A stretch of 64,000 bases of DNA from Azolla caroliniana (lineage: Eukaryota; Plantae; Polypodiophyta). Below, in pieces: positions 24,501 through 37,976 of the stretch. Position 1 is the first letter of the stretch. The number at the start of each line of letters is the position of its first letter. A model generated the notes under the pieces. It saw only the letters and a list, made by a program, of their open reading frames with translations. It had not been told where the DNA came from and searched no databases. The translations under genes and the position numbers were made by a program. The stretch covers positions 1,860,001 to 1,924,000 of the forward strand of contig JBHGNT010000016.1 in assembly GCA_043228905.1 (NCBI GenBank), written 5' to 3'.

Positions 24501-27500
24501 ATACCAATCTTTTGTCAACATTCCCAAAGGAATTACAGATAAACTGTCATGTAACTGGTCAGTATTTCCTGTTCAGCTTACGGGAGTGTCACTTCTTGTT
24601 CCTTCCAAATCTGGAGATAAGCTGCTTATCATCAGAAATGGGGAGTCTGGGGGCAAGGACAAACCAAACCCTACAAAATTTGAAGTATGGAGCTCTGCTC
24701 AACTTTTGAAAGAGATAGTGATTCCTGCATCTGTGCATGGCCCCGTATATACTGATAGATGGTAAATCAATAACAAAATCTAGTGATTTCGACATGATTT
24801 ACAAGTATTTAACACTTTATTTACTTTCTAGGTTTGAGGGTGTTTCATGGAGTCCAGATGAATCACACATTGCATATGTTGCTGAGGATCCAATTCCTAA
24901 TCGGCCAATTTATGGAAATACTGTGAAAACTTCTGATACAAAGTTGAATGAGAGTGATTTGTATACATGGAAAGGTCAGGGAGACTGGCAAGAAGATTGG
25001 GGCGAAGCATATACGGGGAAACAAAAGCCTAGTGTTTTTGTGGCAGATTTAAAAGAGTAATCGTTATCATCTTAATATCAATGAATATCTTAGCTACAAT
25101 GGATTGTCTCAACCATGGGCATCCATTTCTCACTACCTGTTCTTCAGTGGGTATGTGCAGAAGGTAACAGGTGTTCCTGATGATCTGAATGTGGGTCAAG
25201 TTACTTGGGCACCTTCACATGGCTTGGAAGAACGTCAATTTCTTGTCTTTGTCGGGTGGCCTTCAGTCTCTGAAAATTTCCAAACATATAGGAAGCTTGG
25301 AATCAAATATTGCTTCAATAGGCCTTGTGCTTTGTACGCAATAGAAGCTCTCCAGAAGGAAGGGTACAAACCATTGTTGGACATTGAAATTTTAGGGTTG
25401 GTTTGCCTACTAGGGATGAACCTGTTTGTGTTGAAACTTGGCACAGGTCTGCCAGTGCCTCGTGTTTACAGAAACTCCCAATTTCGCTAAAGAGTGCATT
25501 TTTACCACGCTTTAGGTAACATTTACGTCAATCAAATTAATGGTAATGTGCAGTGGCTGTCTGCATGATCAAGTCTATTTTTATATGTTCTCAAATTTTC
25601 TTAGCTCACAAACAACTCAGTTTATTGGAATTTCTGATTTGTCATCTGACTTGGTCTGCTTGCTATAAAGTTCTGATTCGATTTAAGCATAACTTGCATA
25701 ACTTTGTTAGATTTAATAGACATATAGTAGTAACATGTTACATGCCTACTCTGTCTATGGCTACATATATGTCATGCATTAAACAACAAAGAGTAATTCT
25801 GTTATAATTCTTTGTTCTATATGCAGTCCCAAAGGTGATCTTTTAATCTTCTTGTCAGCTCATGAAGCTGTAAAAACTGGAGTACACAATAGTACAAATT
25901 CATTACATAGTATCAAGTGGCCAATTGATAAGGAAAATGGTGTTGATTCATCACTAAAAGAAGTGGTAAGTTATCCATTGTTGCCAAGTTTCATTGCCAA
26001 CAATGTCTTTAAGGATCATGAACGTTATAATTTATGAACTCATTGTTGACAGGTTTCTGTTAAGCAACCAAAGGGGAGCTTTCCAGGATTATATTGTGAA
26101 AGTCTAATTGGATCTCCTTGGCTTCTAGACAAAGAAACTATTGTACTTTCATCTTTATGGTTTAGCAGTGAAGCCATCATAGCTATCAATACAAGCAGGT
26201 TCATTATTTGTTTGAACTTTTTCTGTTAAACTATTTAACATCTTCAAATTAAGGATTGATGCTGAATAAATGTTTGAGTAGCACTATGTGAACTAGTGTT
26301 TAGGTTTCTATAAAGGTAATGTCTGAAAATAAACGAGTGACCAACTATTATCTTATGCTGATTTTTTGGGGTATATGTGGTGAATCGGGGTTTCCCAAAG
26401 GGATCAACATGACTCACACCTTGGAGTGTTGAACTTTGAAGGGTCATTACCGAGTCCCAAGGGATCGCCTTCTTCTTGGTGGGCTAACCGAGAGAATTGG
26501 GGACGTTACACCCCAATGGCAATGACATAAAAGCACTTATCTTTCCACTCCATGCAACTGTGTAAACCTCAAAGGTTTCTTAAGTTGATTAAAATTTAAC
26601 ACATACCTAATTAAGAAATATATTAGTCTCAATTAAATAGATAATTGCTATGTAAGAAACATATGAGGTGTTTCAATTAAATAGATAATGACTAAATAAG
26701 AAACATATATATCTCAAACAATTAGGTGGAAAACCTACATGGAGGAAAGTGGCTCTTAGTGGATGTAAAAGGGAGAGAAAGAGGATCAAAAGGTAGCTGC
26801 CAAAGTTAGGGAACCAAAAGGCCCCTTTAACATAAGAGCTCTTGCCCTTTTATACAAGTTGAAAACCCTAAAGGGTCTGTTTCACATTTCAAGCCCAATG
26901 GCCACTAACCATTCTTACCTAATAAAGGGTAGTCTTCCACAAATTACAATATGCTCATGTTTCTTACATATATTTGGTCTATGACCAATATTTTAGGTTA
27001 GAAAACTAAGCCTTATAGGGTTGTTAAAACTAAAGAGCATACCATTATTTTCCTTAAAATGTGGAAAAAGAGAAAGGTATTGTAGAGCTTTTCTAGGTCG
27101 ACGAAGTCATTGATATTGAAAATTTTGAAATGCTTGACTTTTAAGCCAAAAGCCCCTTAGGACTAACACCATATATGAACCTCAGGAATAACACCATTTT
27201 ACTTTGAAGCATGCAGTGGAAAGTGGTTGAGAATTAGTCCAGAACATGACAGATCCTCTTGGAATCTGCTCTCTATACATGATGATTACATTTTAGCAGG
27301 TATGGTTTATATTATTTCAACAATGAAATTATCTGTTGCTGGGTTAGCCATAATTAATTACGTGATTCTTCTGGATTTGATGTTAGTTAAGAGCAACTTT
27401 GGAAAACCTCCAAGTTTGCAACTTGGAGTGCCAAGTTCTTTATCAGATTCTAGCCGAACGTGGGCATGGTTTGATATATCTAATAATGCTTTGCAATTTC

Positions 27501-30500
27501 CACCTAAGGTTAGTAGCTTCTGCATAATTTTTTTATTTCCAACACTAAGCTCTCCTGCATTAATTTTCTCAGAGGCTCAAATTTTGTATATGTGTGTTAA
27601 AGATACATGTATGCCATGATAACTTTACCAGGTTGAAGCAACACTGAACTCGGTCACATATGAAATCTTTCAGATCCCTGTATCAAATGCTGAAGACTCT
27701 GAGGGAGGTACATCATAGTGGTGTACTTTTGAGTCTGTGGTTTTCACTGATATATTAATTGTATCCAGTTAAAAGTATGTATAACTTGTGACATTCAAAA
27801 CTTGTGACTTGTAGGAGTACAAAGCTATGAATCCATATTTGTGTCATCTAAGTCAATCACAACTGAACATGAACAAAAGAAGCGGCCTTTGGTAGTTGTA
27901 ATACATGGAGGACCACACAGTGCGTATACTACCAGCTTCTCTAAATCTATTGGTTATCTTGTTGGATTGGGTCTAAATCTACTGGTTGTGAACTATAGGT
28001 AAGACTGGCAATGTTTGATTATGCCACAAAGATATACTCAAGGGTCTGTGTAAATAGGGTTCTTCTTTACTTTTCTTTTTGGGCAGAGGATCTCTTGGAT
28101 ATGGTGAAGAAGCATTGCAAACTCTTCCTGGGAAGGCTGGTCAGCAGGTGATGTTTAATTTCCAATGAAAATGTTGTTAACTTTGCAAGCAACTATAGAC
28201 ATCTGAAGTCCAGCTTGTGATAGAATTCTGGTGAAAGTCGGCCTCCTCTTTTTAAAAGAGACTTACCCTTCATTGTGGAATTCCAGTCCTTAGCGAACTG
28301 CTCCTCTCTATTGCGCCTCTATTCCATTGCTATCTCACATAAGGTGTCATTTTGAAACAAAGATCACCTAAACTTATAATATGATTATGCACTCAAAAGC
28401 CTACTCTGCATCATGTCCAAGTTGTCTTTTTGACAAAATTGCATCTGTATGCCACTCTGTTTTCCTCATCTGAAAAAGATTTTTTATGTCAAAAATCCCC
28501 ATCTGCAATTAACATTAATATTACCCCACCTATAAACATTTTTAATCATATATTCCTCTCTTACTGTCTTCAATCAAGATTGACATGTAACAGTACATGA
28601 TTCTGTGTGACTTGGGCAGCAACCTTGGGAATCTCCCATATTTGGTGGTGTAACCTTATATTATGAATATCTATTACCACAGCATTTATGATACAGTCTA
28701 GCAACTACAGAATGGGTTGCTAAGCTTTATTTTTTTATAAGCGCTAACTACTTTTAAGAAAAAATATAGAGCGTCAGATTTTCTTAATTAGCATGGAATT
28801 TTAGGAAATTAAGGCAGAAGTAATGAGGATGTCTTTTACTTCGTTGAAAACCAGCAAAAAAGAAAAGATCATTGTGATAATCTGATGGAAGAAACAAAAT
28901 GAAAGACTTTTGGTGGTCAAGCCATGGCTGCATTTTGTTGTTTCAAGAGAAACCTGATTCTCATATTTGTGCATGTAAGAACATAAAGGAGGTGTGAAAT
29001 ATTTTCATATTTGTCCAAACCATGTATTCGTGAAACCATGTATTTGTGCTTGCATAAGTAAGGACAAGAAGGTAATAAAATATCTAATGATTTGGAAGTA
29101 GGTTGATCATGTATGCAGTCTCTTGGGACCACTTCTAATTCCACTTATTTTTAGAAACCATCACGTCACATATTTCTAACTCTTGTCCATTTCTCTTGCT
29201 TATGGCAAAGTTGCTTTCTGCAAACCATCTTTTTTCTTAGCAATTGGATGCTGAAAGATAATGTGTTTAGCTCTTACAATGAGATAAACTGGGGTTCTTG
29301 CATGTGCTTTTGAACTTTATTCCTGTTGTAAGTTGTTGAAGTTACAATATTTCCTTTGAAACACTGTATTGCAGGATGTTGAAGATGTTTTACGATCTCT
29401 AGATTATGTTATTTCGAAGGGTTTGGTAGATCCAAAAAAGGTTGCAGTTACAGGTGGATCACATGGAGGCTTCCTTTCAACACATTTAATTGGACAGGTT
29501 GCTCATTCATGTTTTCTGTTTTGAGTATTAGAGGAGAATAAAAGCCGGCCATAGAGATAATGCTAAATCTTGCTAATATTGTTCTGCTACCTTACAAACG
29601 TTATGTGATAGTTCAATTTTGGGGAATCCAACAAATGGGGAAATGGAATTTGCTGTGGTATCAGTGGACTGTTAATGCTTTGATCTCAAAGTAAACATAT
29701 AAACGCTCATTACTGTAAATGTCATTTTAGACCCACTGCCTCAGACTTGGATCCATGAACTTCAATGTTATCAAGCATAGGGTTTACCACGATATTTGTA
29801 TGTTCCAGTTATAATCCTTAATGGAATATAAAGGCAATGCTTTGACCCCTTGCTTTAGCATGCAGTGTCTTGTTTACTCTATTCCTAAAGGAAGCTTCCC
29901 AGGTGCTACCAAGAAAATAAAGAGCTGCATCAGTAATCGATTTAGAAGATATAATGGGAAAATGTAAAAACTAGAATTTCAATTGCAGTGACCAGCTGAG
30001 AACAAAGCATTTTCCTTTCAATGTTTTGATGTCACAGGCACCAGATCGATTTGTAACTGCAGCAGTTAGAAATCCAGTTTGCAATATTTCATCAATGGTG
30101 GGGAATAGTGATATTCCAGATTGGTGCTATGTTGAAGCATATGGCCAAACTTGCTTTGAGAAGTACACTGATGCCCCGACACCTGATCACCTTGAGAAGT
30201 TCTATAACGCATCACCAATCTCTCATATTAAGAATGTAATCTCTATTCTTCTTCTTTTTTCCTGAAGTTTTATTTCAGTTTTCACCTATTATGTGTTGGG
30301 TTTTCTAACTTCTTACTTATCATAGGTTAAAGTTCCTACTTTATTTCTACTTGGAGCTCAAGATCGCAGGGTTCCTATTGCTAATGGATTTCAGGTGAAA
30401 ACCACATTAAATATGATATATCTAATACCTACTGGAATATTACTACAAAGGCCGGTTTCTGTTTTATAATAATCAGCCAAATTTCCATTTCATTCGTGCT

Positions 30501-30917
30501 TTTGTTCCCCTTCATGAATAAATTTCCATTTCGTTTGTGCTTTTGTTCCCCTTTGTAAATAAAAATATATTCAATTGATGAGTTGAAGAATTTAATCTGC
30601 AATTTAACAAGTCTTATTTTTCCAGAACACGTTTTGCACGACTAATACTTTAAGGTGCCTTTTTTCTCAATAAAATGCAGTATGTGCATGCTTTGAAGGC
30701 ACGAGGTTTAAAGGTTAAAATTATAGTCTTTCCTGAGGATGCACACCCAATTGATAGGTAACATTTATTTATCCATAATGCTTTTACAATGGTTCTTTTG
30801 AAGGCTCCGCCTCCAGTGAGTGAGAAAAACTTTCTTTCGATTTTCTTTTCCAGGCCGCAATCTGACTTTGAAGCTTGGATTAGCATTGGAACATGGTTAT
30901 TGGAGCATTTAGCTTGA
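18560..30917 (+). CDS. AARE: Acylamino-acid-releasing enzyme (acylpeptide hydrolase / oxidised protein hydrolase, peptidase S9C); 18 exons, 836 aa from ATG 18560 or 772 aa from ATG 18941
   Basis: GT-AG exons: 18560-18711, 18901-19082, 24437-24761, 24832-25056, 25148-25363, 25447-25515, 25827-25965, 26053-26198, 27217-27299, 27387-27508, 27632-27707, 27815-27998, 28087-28147, 29375-29497, 30038-30235, 30326-30394, 30681-30757, 30854-30917 (2511 nt). Motifs: IPSIEKAW, HGPVYTDRWFEGVSW, WQEDWGE, KLGIKYCFNRPC, HGGPH, catalytic GGSHGG, RNPVCN, DIPDWC, QDRRVP and DAHPID. Confidence 0.95.
20892..21295. repeat. Tandem duplication of about 200 bp in AARE intron 2
   Basis: ccatgtgact..aaccattgttgcgtttcagcatgccaaca..ctgcttctgtcaacacctgagttatgtaat is present twice with few differences. 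Confidence 0.92.
21800..22180 (+). mobile_element. Non-LTR retrotransposon remnant (region C-terminal to RT)
   Basis: KLMLFNAMLLRVLLYGVEVWGG..EIEKIQRMFLRRQLGVKSTTSYQVMLLETN resembles the conserved L.YG.E.W..ie.iQ..fLr..Lg segment of LINE ORF2 proteins. Confidence 0.7.
22200..24085 (+). mobile_element. Heavily decayed Ty1/copia RT-RNaseH remnant in AARE intron 2, internally deleted or interrupted
   Basis: GEPCTYAE..WQLAMRSKMDSVKENDIWEMV near 22400; KSTSEYVFTLAG..WCSRLQRIAELSTTEAEYIS at about 23690-23800; FHARTKHID near 23915. Many stops. Confidence 0.8.
26378..27171. mobile_element. Probable solo LTR (794 bp) in an AARE intron
   Basis: Ends TGGTG...CACCA are flanked by the direct repeat tatatg (26372-26377 and 27172-27177). 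No coding capacity. Confidence 0.6.
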
Positions 30918-33900
30918 ACAAATTCAAGATAAGCTCACCCCGTAATTTATTTAATTCAGATGATTTCATCCACGAAATTCGAAGATACAAAATCTTGGCT
31001 GCAATTCTGAATTTGAAAGTTGGATTAGTGGTGGCATAAAACTATCGATCACTTGATTTTAGTGAATTCAAGATAAGACATACCTTTTGTCCATCTAAAT
31101 GAGATGATTCAATCCTGTAAATACAACACTACAGGATTCCATAGCTTCGGTATGTGATATTTTGGAAGGATTCTCAAAAACTGTGCACATTACACTAGTG
31201 CAGTTTTTTCAACTTTCATAATGTGCAATTAATTCCAGTATCCTATCTGATACCATTTAATTTGTAATGGGAATCATTGCTTTGTAACATTCCAATCAAA
31301 CATTGCATTATTATACCATATTTTTATGCTCCCAATTAAAGCACCATGCATGTTGATCATTTTAAACCACAACCCTTAATATCTCCATTTTCTGGAGCAA
31401 ACGGTATTGAAACTAGACACTTTTATGTCTTGAACTCTTATTGCATGGACCCGCCATTAGCACACTTGGCATTTATTCAATACAATGGCCAATTTTGTAT
31501 ATTGGACACTACCAACTATTACACTAAACGAAGTGTAATGTCTTTATAGTCTAGACTCTAGAGTGGCGCTTGTCCATTTAGAAGTGGGTTTTGTAAAGGC
31601 CACTATTTCTTCTCGTTTAAAAAAAAATCTTAAGCCATTTCCAAGATCTTCCATATCCTTTCGTTGCAGGAATTCCTTCACCCGCTTGAAAAGATTCTCT
31701 ATCATGATATCAAAGTGATTTGGTATTTATTTTTATTAGGTATACATTTTAGAGCACACTATGGAGCAATGAATGCTGTGAATGTTTTTTTAGCACATTA
31801 TGAATGAAGTGAATGGTCGTTGCATTTTGAAGCAATATATGATTAATAGTTTTAAGAGTGGTGTTTAATAACAAGTTACAACGATACCATCATCAATTAT
31901 TTATGAATCCAGTATTCATTGGTCTATACTTGAAAACAAACATATGGTGCATACAACCGTCGCCCCCTATCTATGTGTCCAAATATCTTCTTTTAAATGC
32001 GTCCAGGTTATGAAATATAAAATAGATTTGTTTTGAGCATATATGTTTGCCCATGTTTCTTCTAGATGGTAGGCTAACAGTGCTTCAGCAAGGATTCAGA
32101 CAATTAGTATAAGCCAGACATGTAGTGTTCTTGATTCCTGATTGATTCAACTTATTGTACTGGTGTTGATTTCATCCTAATTTTCTCTTCTCTTACTACA
32201 GGGATCATAGATGCACTTTATTTCCTGTCTAAACCTCCACGATTCTGACCCTCCTCCATGGCTTCCTGCAAGTCATGATTCTCTCCTTTGCTATCGCTAC
32301 CTCTGCCATCTGTGCTTTAGGCATTGCAACGTCTACCTTATGAATCCTTCCCCCCCCCTTTATCTGTAGACTCAAATTCGCATTGTTACTCATCACCCAT
32401 CACTGCTGCTCCGGATCGATGCTTGCGGAGTAGTCACTTCATTAACGAATATTCGACACAGCTAAAAGATTCTGCAAGCTTCACAGAATCCCTAAACCCT
32501 TGCATTGTCTATATTTCTCACATTTCCACAAAATCCCCCATAATTCATCACATTTCATACAAGCACAGTTTTTTGTGATAAAAATGGATTCTCATTTCGA
32601 TTTCCATATTGGGAATCTATCTATAGTATCGACCTAATTTTGATGCAATATCTTTAGTGTCATTACTAAACTATTTGTGTGCAGGATCTTCAAAGATTTT
32701 GAGCATCAAACCCATTGGTCAATTCTTGATCCGTCGCAAAGTAAAGGGATCGATTGATGTTTAAAGTCTCCTTATGTGATGGATGCTTCACATCATGCTT
32801 TCTCCATAACAACCACAAATTCACTTAGAGAATTAGGAAAGAAATATATCGAATTAGGAAAGAAATATATCGCGACACCTCTTCGAGAACAAATGCAAGC
32901 ACACATGTAAATCATTGCCTCTGGATGCATTTTAGGAGAGCATTGTCCATCAATAGATCACTTAACAAAAAAAATGTGTCTCTTCTCTTAGGCAACAATT
33001 ACATGTTAAAGCACACATGTAAATCATTGCCTCTAGAGACATTATAGGAGAGCATTGTCCGTCAATAGATTATACAAGAGGGTTTAGATGTTTCATTGAC
33101 TATTATTGTTTTATCAAGGCAGCCTTTTTAAGCTTCATTCAAAATGTAAAAGTCAAATATACAAACATAATGGTGTTCTCGTACAACTTGTGATGCTTCA
33201 ACGGTGGGGTTGAGTTTAGTGCAATGGATTCAATGCCACATTCATAATGAAAAATGGTCAAAGCATGGACAACTTACACCATTGCAATCAAAATATTTTT
33301 CTCAATACATGGACTGAAAATGACAACATTCCCTAGAAACAGCAATGTTAAGATGATGAAATGAAATGAATGGCTAATCGATGTGACCTCTAACCTATTG
33401 ATTTGGCTATGTAAAAGACTAGAGCAAAGAGAGATTAATCTCAACAAACTCTTTTGTTATGTGATACATCAATAACTATCTCTTAAATTTGTGTTTCCAT
33501 CACTATGTGCCCCTTCTCTAGATATTATCATGCTGTGTCTAAACTCGATAACGAGTTTGCAACTATTGTGGAGTTGCACCTCAAGATTGTGTCTGATAGA
33601 TTATGGATAGCACCCTCTTTGTATTCAAATCAATGAATGTGCAACATTTACCTTTTCTTGCATCTTAAGATCACAATATGGCATAATGGGTGACAACTCA
33701 TGTGTAGTAGTAACTCTTGCATTTTGCACATGTTCATATTTGTAGATAATGGATTGTGTCCTCTCTATAATAATGCCCACACTTATGAGAATTTTATTTC
33801 CTAATAACACTCACTATTAAGCAAATTATCATTCTTGGACATTATCTGAAAGCATTTGTTAGCCTCGTGGATATTGATCAACTAATATAACCTTGCATTA

Positions 33901-36196
33901 TCCCCACTATGAGATGAAAAGTTAATATTTTGGTTTCACTCTTGTTTATTCCATTTCTAGTTTTATGCTCTAGTTTAGACATGAACACCACTTTGTATTG
34001 ATCCTAGTTTGAATTCCTATCCCAACATAATTCAATGTCTAGCCATCTAATTTGAGTGTGAGTGTTTTTGTGTCTCTCTAATGAGACTTCATCTCAATTG
34101 AATTTAAGCAAATAATAATTGAACAATTGTAAAATGTTATATGTCCTTGATGGAATCACACTTTCATGAACCCACAATGAACATTGTATTGGAAATTTTT
34201 AATATTTTAAACTTCCAAAATAAGCTCCATATGCAAGTGGCAACATCAATCACTCATCTACTTTTTTTGCAAAAGTTAAATACATGAGTGTACATTGCTT
34301 GTTAGTCAAGGCTTTTAAGTTTTCCAAAAATGTATATTACAATTCAGAAGTACAATCTGAACCTATTGAATGCTACATATACCAAATGCACAATTAACAT
34401 GAACAAGTAGAAGTCTATTTTGTTTAAGTAGGAAACAAAGATTTTGATGGCAAGCAAGAGAGTAGTAAAAGAAACAAACTCTTCACGATTTCCCTACATC
34501 ATCGAATAAATCGTAATTTATGCAAACATTTACATATGCATGCACATCGTTTATGCTTTGATGCCATTAGAAGATTAAGAAATGCAGTATTGTAGACAAT
34601 AATGCAATATGGAGTCATTCTCTAGAGGCTAGTAGAATGACCTATTCATTTTTGTCCTCTAGAGGGAGATATTATAGAACAATTATATGGGTATGATGGT
34701 TTTATAAATTGTTGTGTTCTTCAAAGAAGTATAGCTAGCAACGCGTACATGACCACGTATCTTTAGAAAATATAGTTGTCCACATATACGCGTATGCATG
34801 TGATGTGGACAGACATATCCAAAACAAATGAAATGCTTGATAATGCCGAGAAAGATATGAACCACATGATTAATAAAAATATAGTTTTGACCAATGACAC
34901 GTATAACCAATATACGTTTGCTCTATATCACAGTCAATGAAATCGCTAGGGGATAGAGTTCTTGGCGTAACCATTTAAGAATACACATATAATCGATATG
35001 AAGAGATTTCAAATCAACGTGGCCTCACGATCTTATAACAATTAGAAGACAAACAAAAAATAATGTCTATACATAAAGCACCAAGTATTTGCTTTGTTAA
35101 GGATTTCCAATTTATAATCCTACAAATATAAACAGTAAGACAAATAATTTGATACGATTTCCATTTATACTTATTTATACTTATAAATACGAACAAACCA
35201 ATATTCAAACTAAGCCGCCTCAAATAGTAAACCACTAATGGTGCTATAAGAAGTGCACAAGTTATGAATGTTTTTCTTAACATGCAATGGAAAAACCCAA
35301 ATATGCTTGAGGATTGGATGTGACATGTATTAAAGATCGCAACTGCAAGTGGTTTGATGAAGTGTCATCCACGTTCATAGACTTGATGTCAAACTCCTCT
35401 TTTGCAAAAGGAGAGGCTTAGCGGATGAGAATATGAATGTGAGGCTTAGAATAAGAGAATGTGGGGGAGGGAAGAACTCATAAGAAGATATGCGTACATT
35501 TGAGACGACATTGCAAGGCTTTGAAAACAACCATATGATGTTGCTATATTAATCATGACAACCAATAACTCGAAAGTAAGATTCCTCGCACGAATATATT
35601 ATTAACCTTTCAGGCTTGGGAAATGAGTGCAAAGCATAGAAAAGAGCAATGCGATGACACACAAAAAGGAGAGGCTCAGGAAAAGGAACAATATAATTAG
35701 GTGTCAGGGATGTGTAATCTAAGCATGTGAGCTAGGAGGATTTTACGCATTGCCTTGTATTCAATACTTATCTGTTGTACAAGGGTCACGCATCAGTAAT
35801 CAATTCGATGGTGGGTTATGTTGGGTAGAGAAATAAAGGAGATGGTCAAATCGATCCAAGAGGTAAATACCAAAACCAACCACTAGATAGAAGCTACTGT
35901 GTCTCTCCAAACATGAACTAAGGTTAACATATATGGAGGTTGGAACTTGGAAGTGTGTGAAGACATGAAAGTTGACCGAACATGAAATACTCATTTTTAG
36001 TTGGTAGCTCCATATGAAGAGAGAAGCATTGCATGATGCACAACCTTGTGTTCATATAGTGTTTCGAAACCATTGAAAAAAGAGGAGCAGGAAAAAGCGG
36101 AATCCACGATGGTCAATGGGTTTTCTGCGGTGGCATTAATATGATTGTTACGTATTTTGAAGTGTAGGGGGGGGGGGGGGAGGGGGAGGGATCACA

Positions 36197-36283
36197 ATGT
36201 GTGGACCATGACAAACGTTATATGTGTGGACCATGACAAACGTTATATGTGTGGACCAAGACAAACGTTCTATGTGTGGACCA
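36197..36283. repeat. 25-bp minisatellite, about 3.5 copies, upstream of SAMDC
   Basis: Unit atgtgtggaccatgacaaacgttat starts at 36197, 36222, 36247 and 36272 (partial). Confidence 0.93.
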
Positions 36284-36374
36284 ATACATGGCCGGATGGA
36301 CGGAATTTCAGCCCATGCCCACCCCGGGACAACGTTGCCGATGATGATGATTCTCGATCGATTAGTCGCCTCGT

Positions 36375-36722
36375 AAATGGGTGGCCTCTAGTGTGAAACC
36401 GTCCCGTCCAGTGTGAATGCCCCCCCCCCCCCCCCCCGAACCAATGGCCGCCTTGAGACAGCGTGTGCCGATGATAATTCATCAGTACCCTCAGAATTGG
36501 GCGACCTCCTGTGTGAAACCGTCCAGCCCAGTGTGAATGGGCCCTTAATCTCCTCCCCCAAATATCCTCCTCCGACTTAAAAAGAAAGCATATATGGCCT
36601 CTATATAAAGCCTTTGCATGCCTCCTCGTTTCTGAAGGAAACGTTTTCTGCTAACCCTAATTTAGAAAGGAAGGAAGGAAGTAGAGTATTTCTGCCTCTT
36701 TCTCCAACCCTAACCCTAACCC
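36375..36722 (+). promoter_or_regulatory. SAMDC proximal promoter and 5' leader: duplicated 29-bp element, site II-like TGGGCC, TATA box, telo-box-like motifs
   Basis: gtgtgaaaccgtcc..ccagtgtgaatg at 36391 and 36511; TGGGCC at 36538; ctatataaa at 36601-36609; AACCCTAA at about 36653 and 36706. Confidence 0.6.
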
Positions 36723-36942
36723 ACCCCCACCCCCATCCCCCTTCCTCCAAGAGTCATCGTCCTTCCTCTTCTTCTTCTCCCCCTCTCTGTGCCAAGGATC
36801 TGTAATCTACGCAGAGATCTGCCGATCTTTCCTTTTCCCAGACCCTGATCTCTCTGTGGAATCCCGTCGTCTGGTTTGCCAGAGTCCTTGTTCTCCCTGA
36901 AGAATTACAAAGAAGAAGAAGAACCAGATCTATCTGTTGCGA

Positions 36943-36951
36943 ATGTTGTGA
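36943..36951 (+). promoter_or_regulatory. SAMDC tiny uORF (ATG TTG TGA) whose stop overlaps the small uORF ATG
   Basis: Sequence atgttgtgatggaa: the last base of TGA is the A of the next ATG. This is the established plant SAMDC polyamine-sensing arrangement. Confidence 0.9.
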
Positions 36952-37782
36952 TGGAATCCAGCGGAAGCAGTGACAGCGATTCTTCCAGTAGTAGTAGTAG
37001 TATTTTCCGCTCTGCTCTTCTTACCCTTCTCTACGGCATCGAGGACGTCCGCCCACACGGTGACATCGTGAAGTTCCAGTCTGCTGTATACTCAAACGTA
37101 AGTCCTATAACTTCTCTTTCTATCTCTGTACACATCTCTCATGCATGTTTATATACTGATGCACTGTATCTGTGTTATGCATCCTTGTTTGTGTTGCCTG
37201 CTTCATTTCCTTTCGAAGTCTGAATATATTTTACTCACTCAATCTCCTCAATGCTATGCCATATTTGACGGTATTAGTTTGATTTTCCTCAATTTAGTTA
37301 CATGAAATTCACACATTTAAGCGAAATTCCTACTTTCCTATCCTTAGATTCGTTGTATGTATATCTCGTTTTTGTAAGGTGGTTATGTTTAAATTTAATT
37401 TTGGAATTTCACTCGATCTCTACCTTCCTCGCTTTAGATTCGTTTCTTCTGATTCGATTATTTTCCTTGCCCCTATGTTTTCTTATTCACAATCGTTTCT
37501 ACATTTCTTTTTTCAATTTGTGAACTATGTCTCTCTGTACTCTTCATTTGAAATGCTTTAGTGTTTTGGTGATATTTTTAACTTTTTGTGCTCTTTGAAC
37601 TTCACCTATTGTTTCTTCGTGTATGCACGTGTGTGTGTGTGTGCGCATGCGTATCCTGGTGTTATTGTGTATTCACGAGTGTGTCCTGCTTGTATATGAA
37701 GCATGTTTCTTCCCGAGAATTCTTGATTTTCACTACTAATTGTCATGTGTGTCTTTAACAGTGCCTCAAGAAGCCATCCTGA
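36951..37782 (+). CDS. SAMDC small conserved-peptide uORF, 55 aa, spliced (36951-37097 + 37762-37782)
   Basis: MESSGSSDSDSSSSSSSIFRSALLTLLYGIEDVRPHGDIVKFQSAVYSN / CLKKPS*. The IEDVRP.G...KF.SA.YSNC..KPS motif is present, and a GTAAGT..CAG intron falls between N and C. Confidence 0.92.
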
Positions 37783-37976
37783 CATCCTCAATCGAAGATC
37801 ATTTGCAGTGTTTTAGCTATTAATAAAATATATAATTAGGACAGAATAATCTTGTCAACATTTAAAGTCTGTGCCCCCCCTCCACATCTCTTCGATATCC
37901 CAAATTGTATTACGCCTCCAACTCTCACACCACCATCACCACTTCTGCACTGTCTCTCTCGTTGAATCCAGTAGAG

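Noticed and set aside
36197-36283. CRISPR-like array
   Set aside because: Contiguous tandem units with no unique spacers, eukaryotic context and no cas genes.
37905-37976. Non-AUG N-terminal extension of SAMDC
   Set aside because: The TTG start is an ORF-finder convention; homology begins at ATG 37977.
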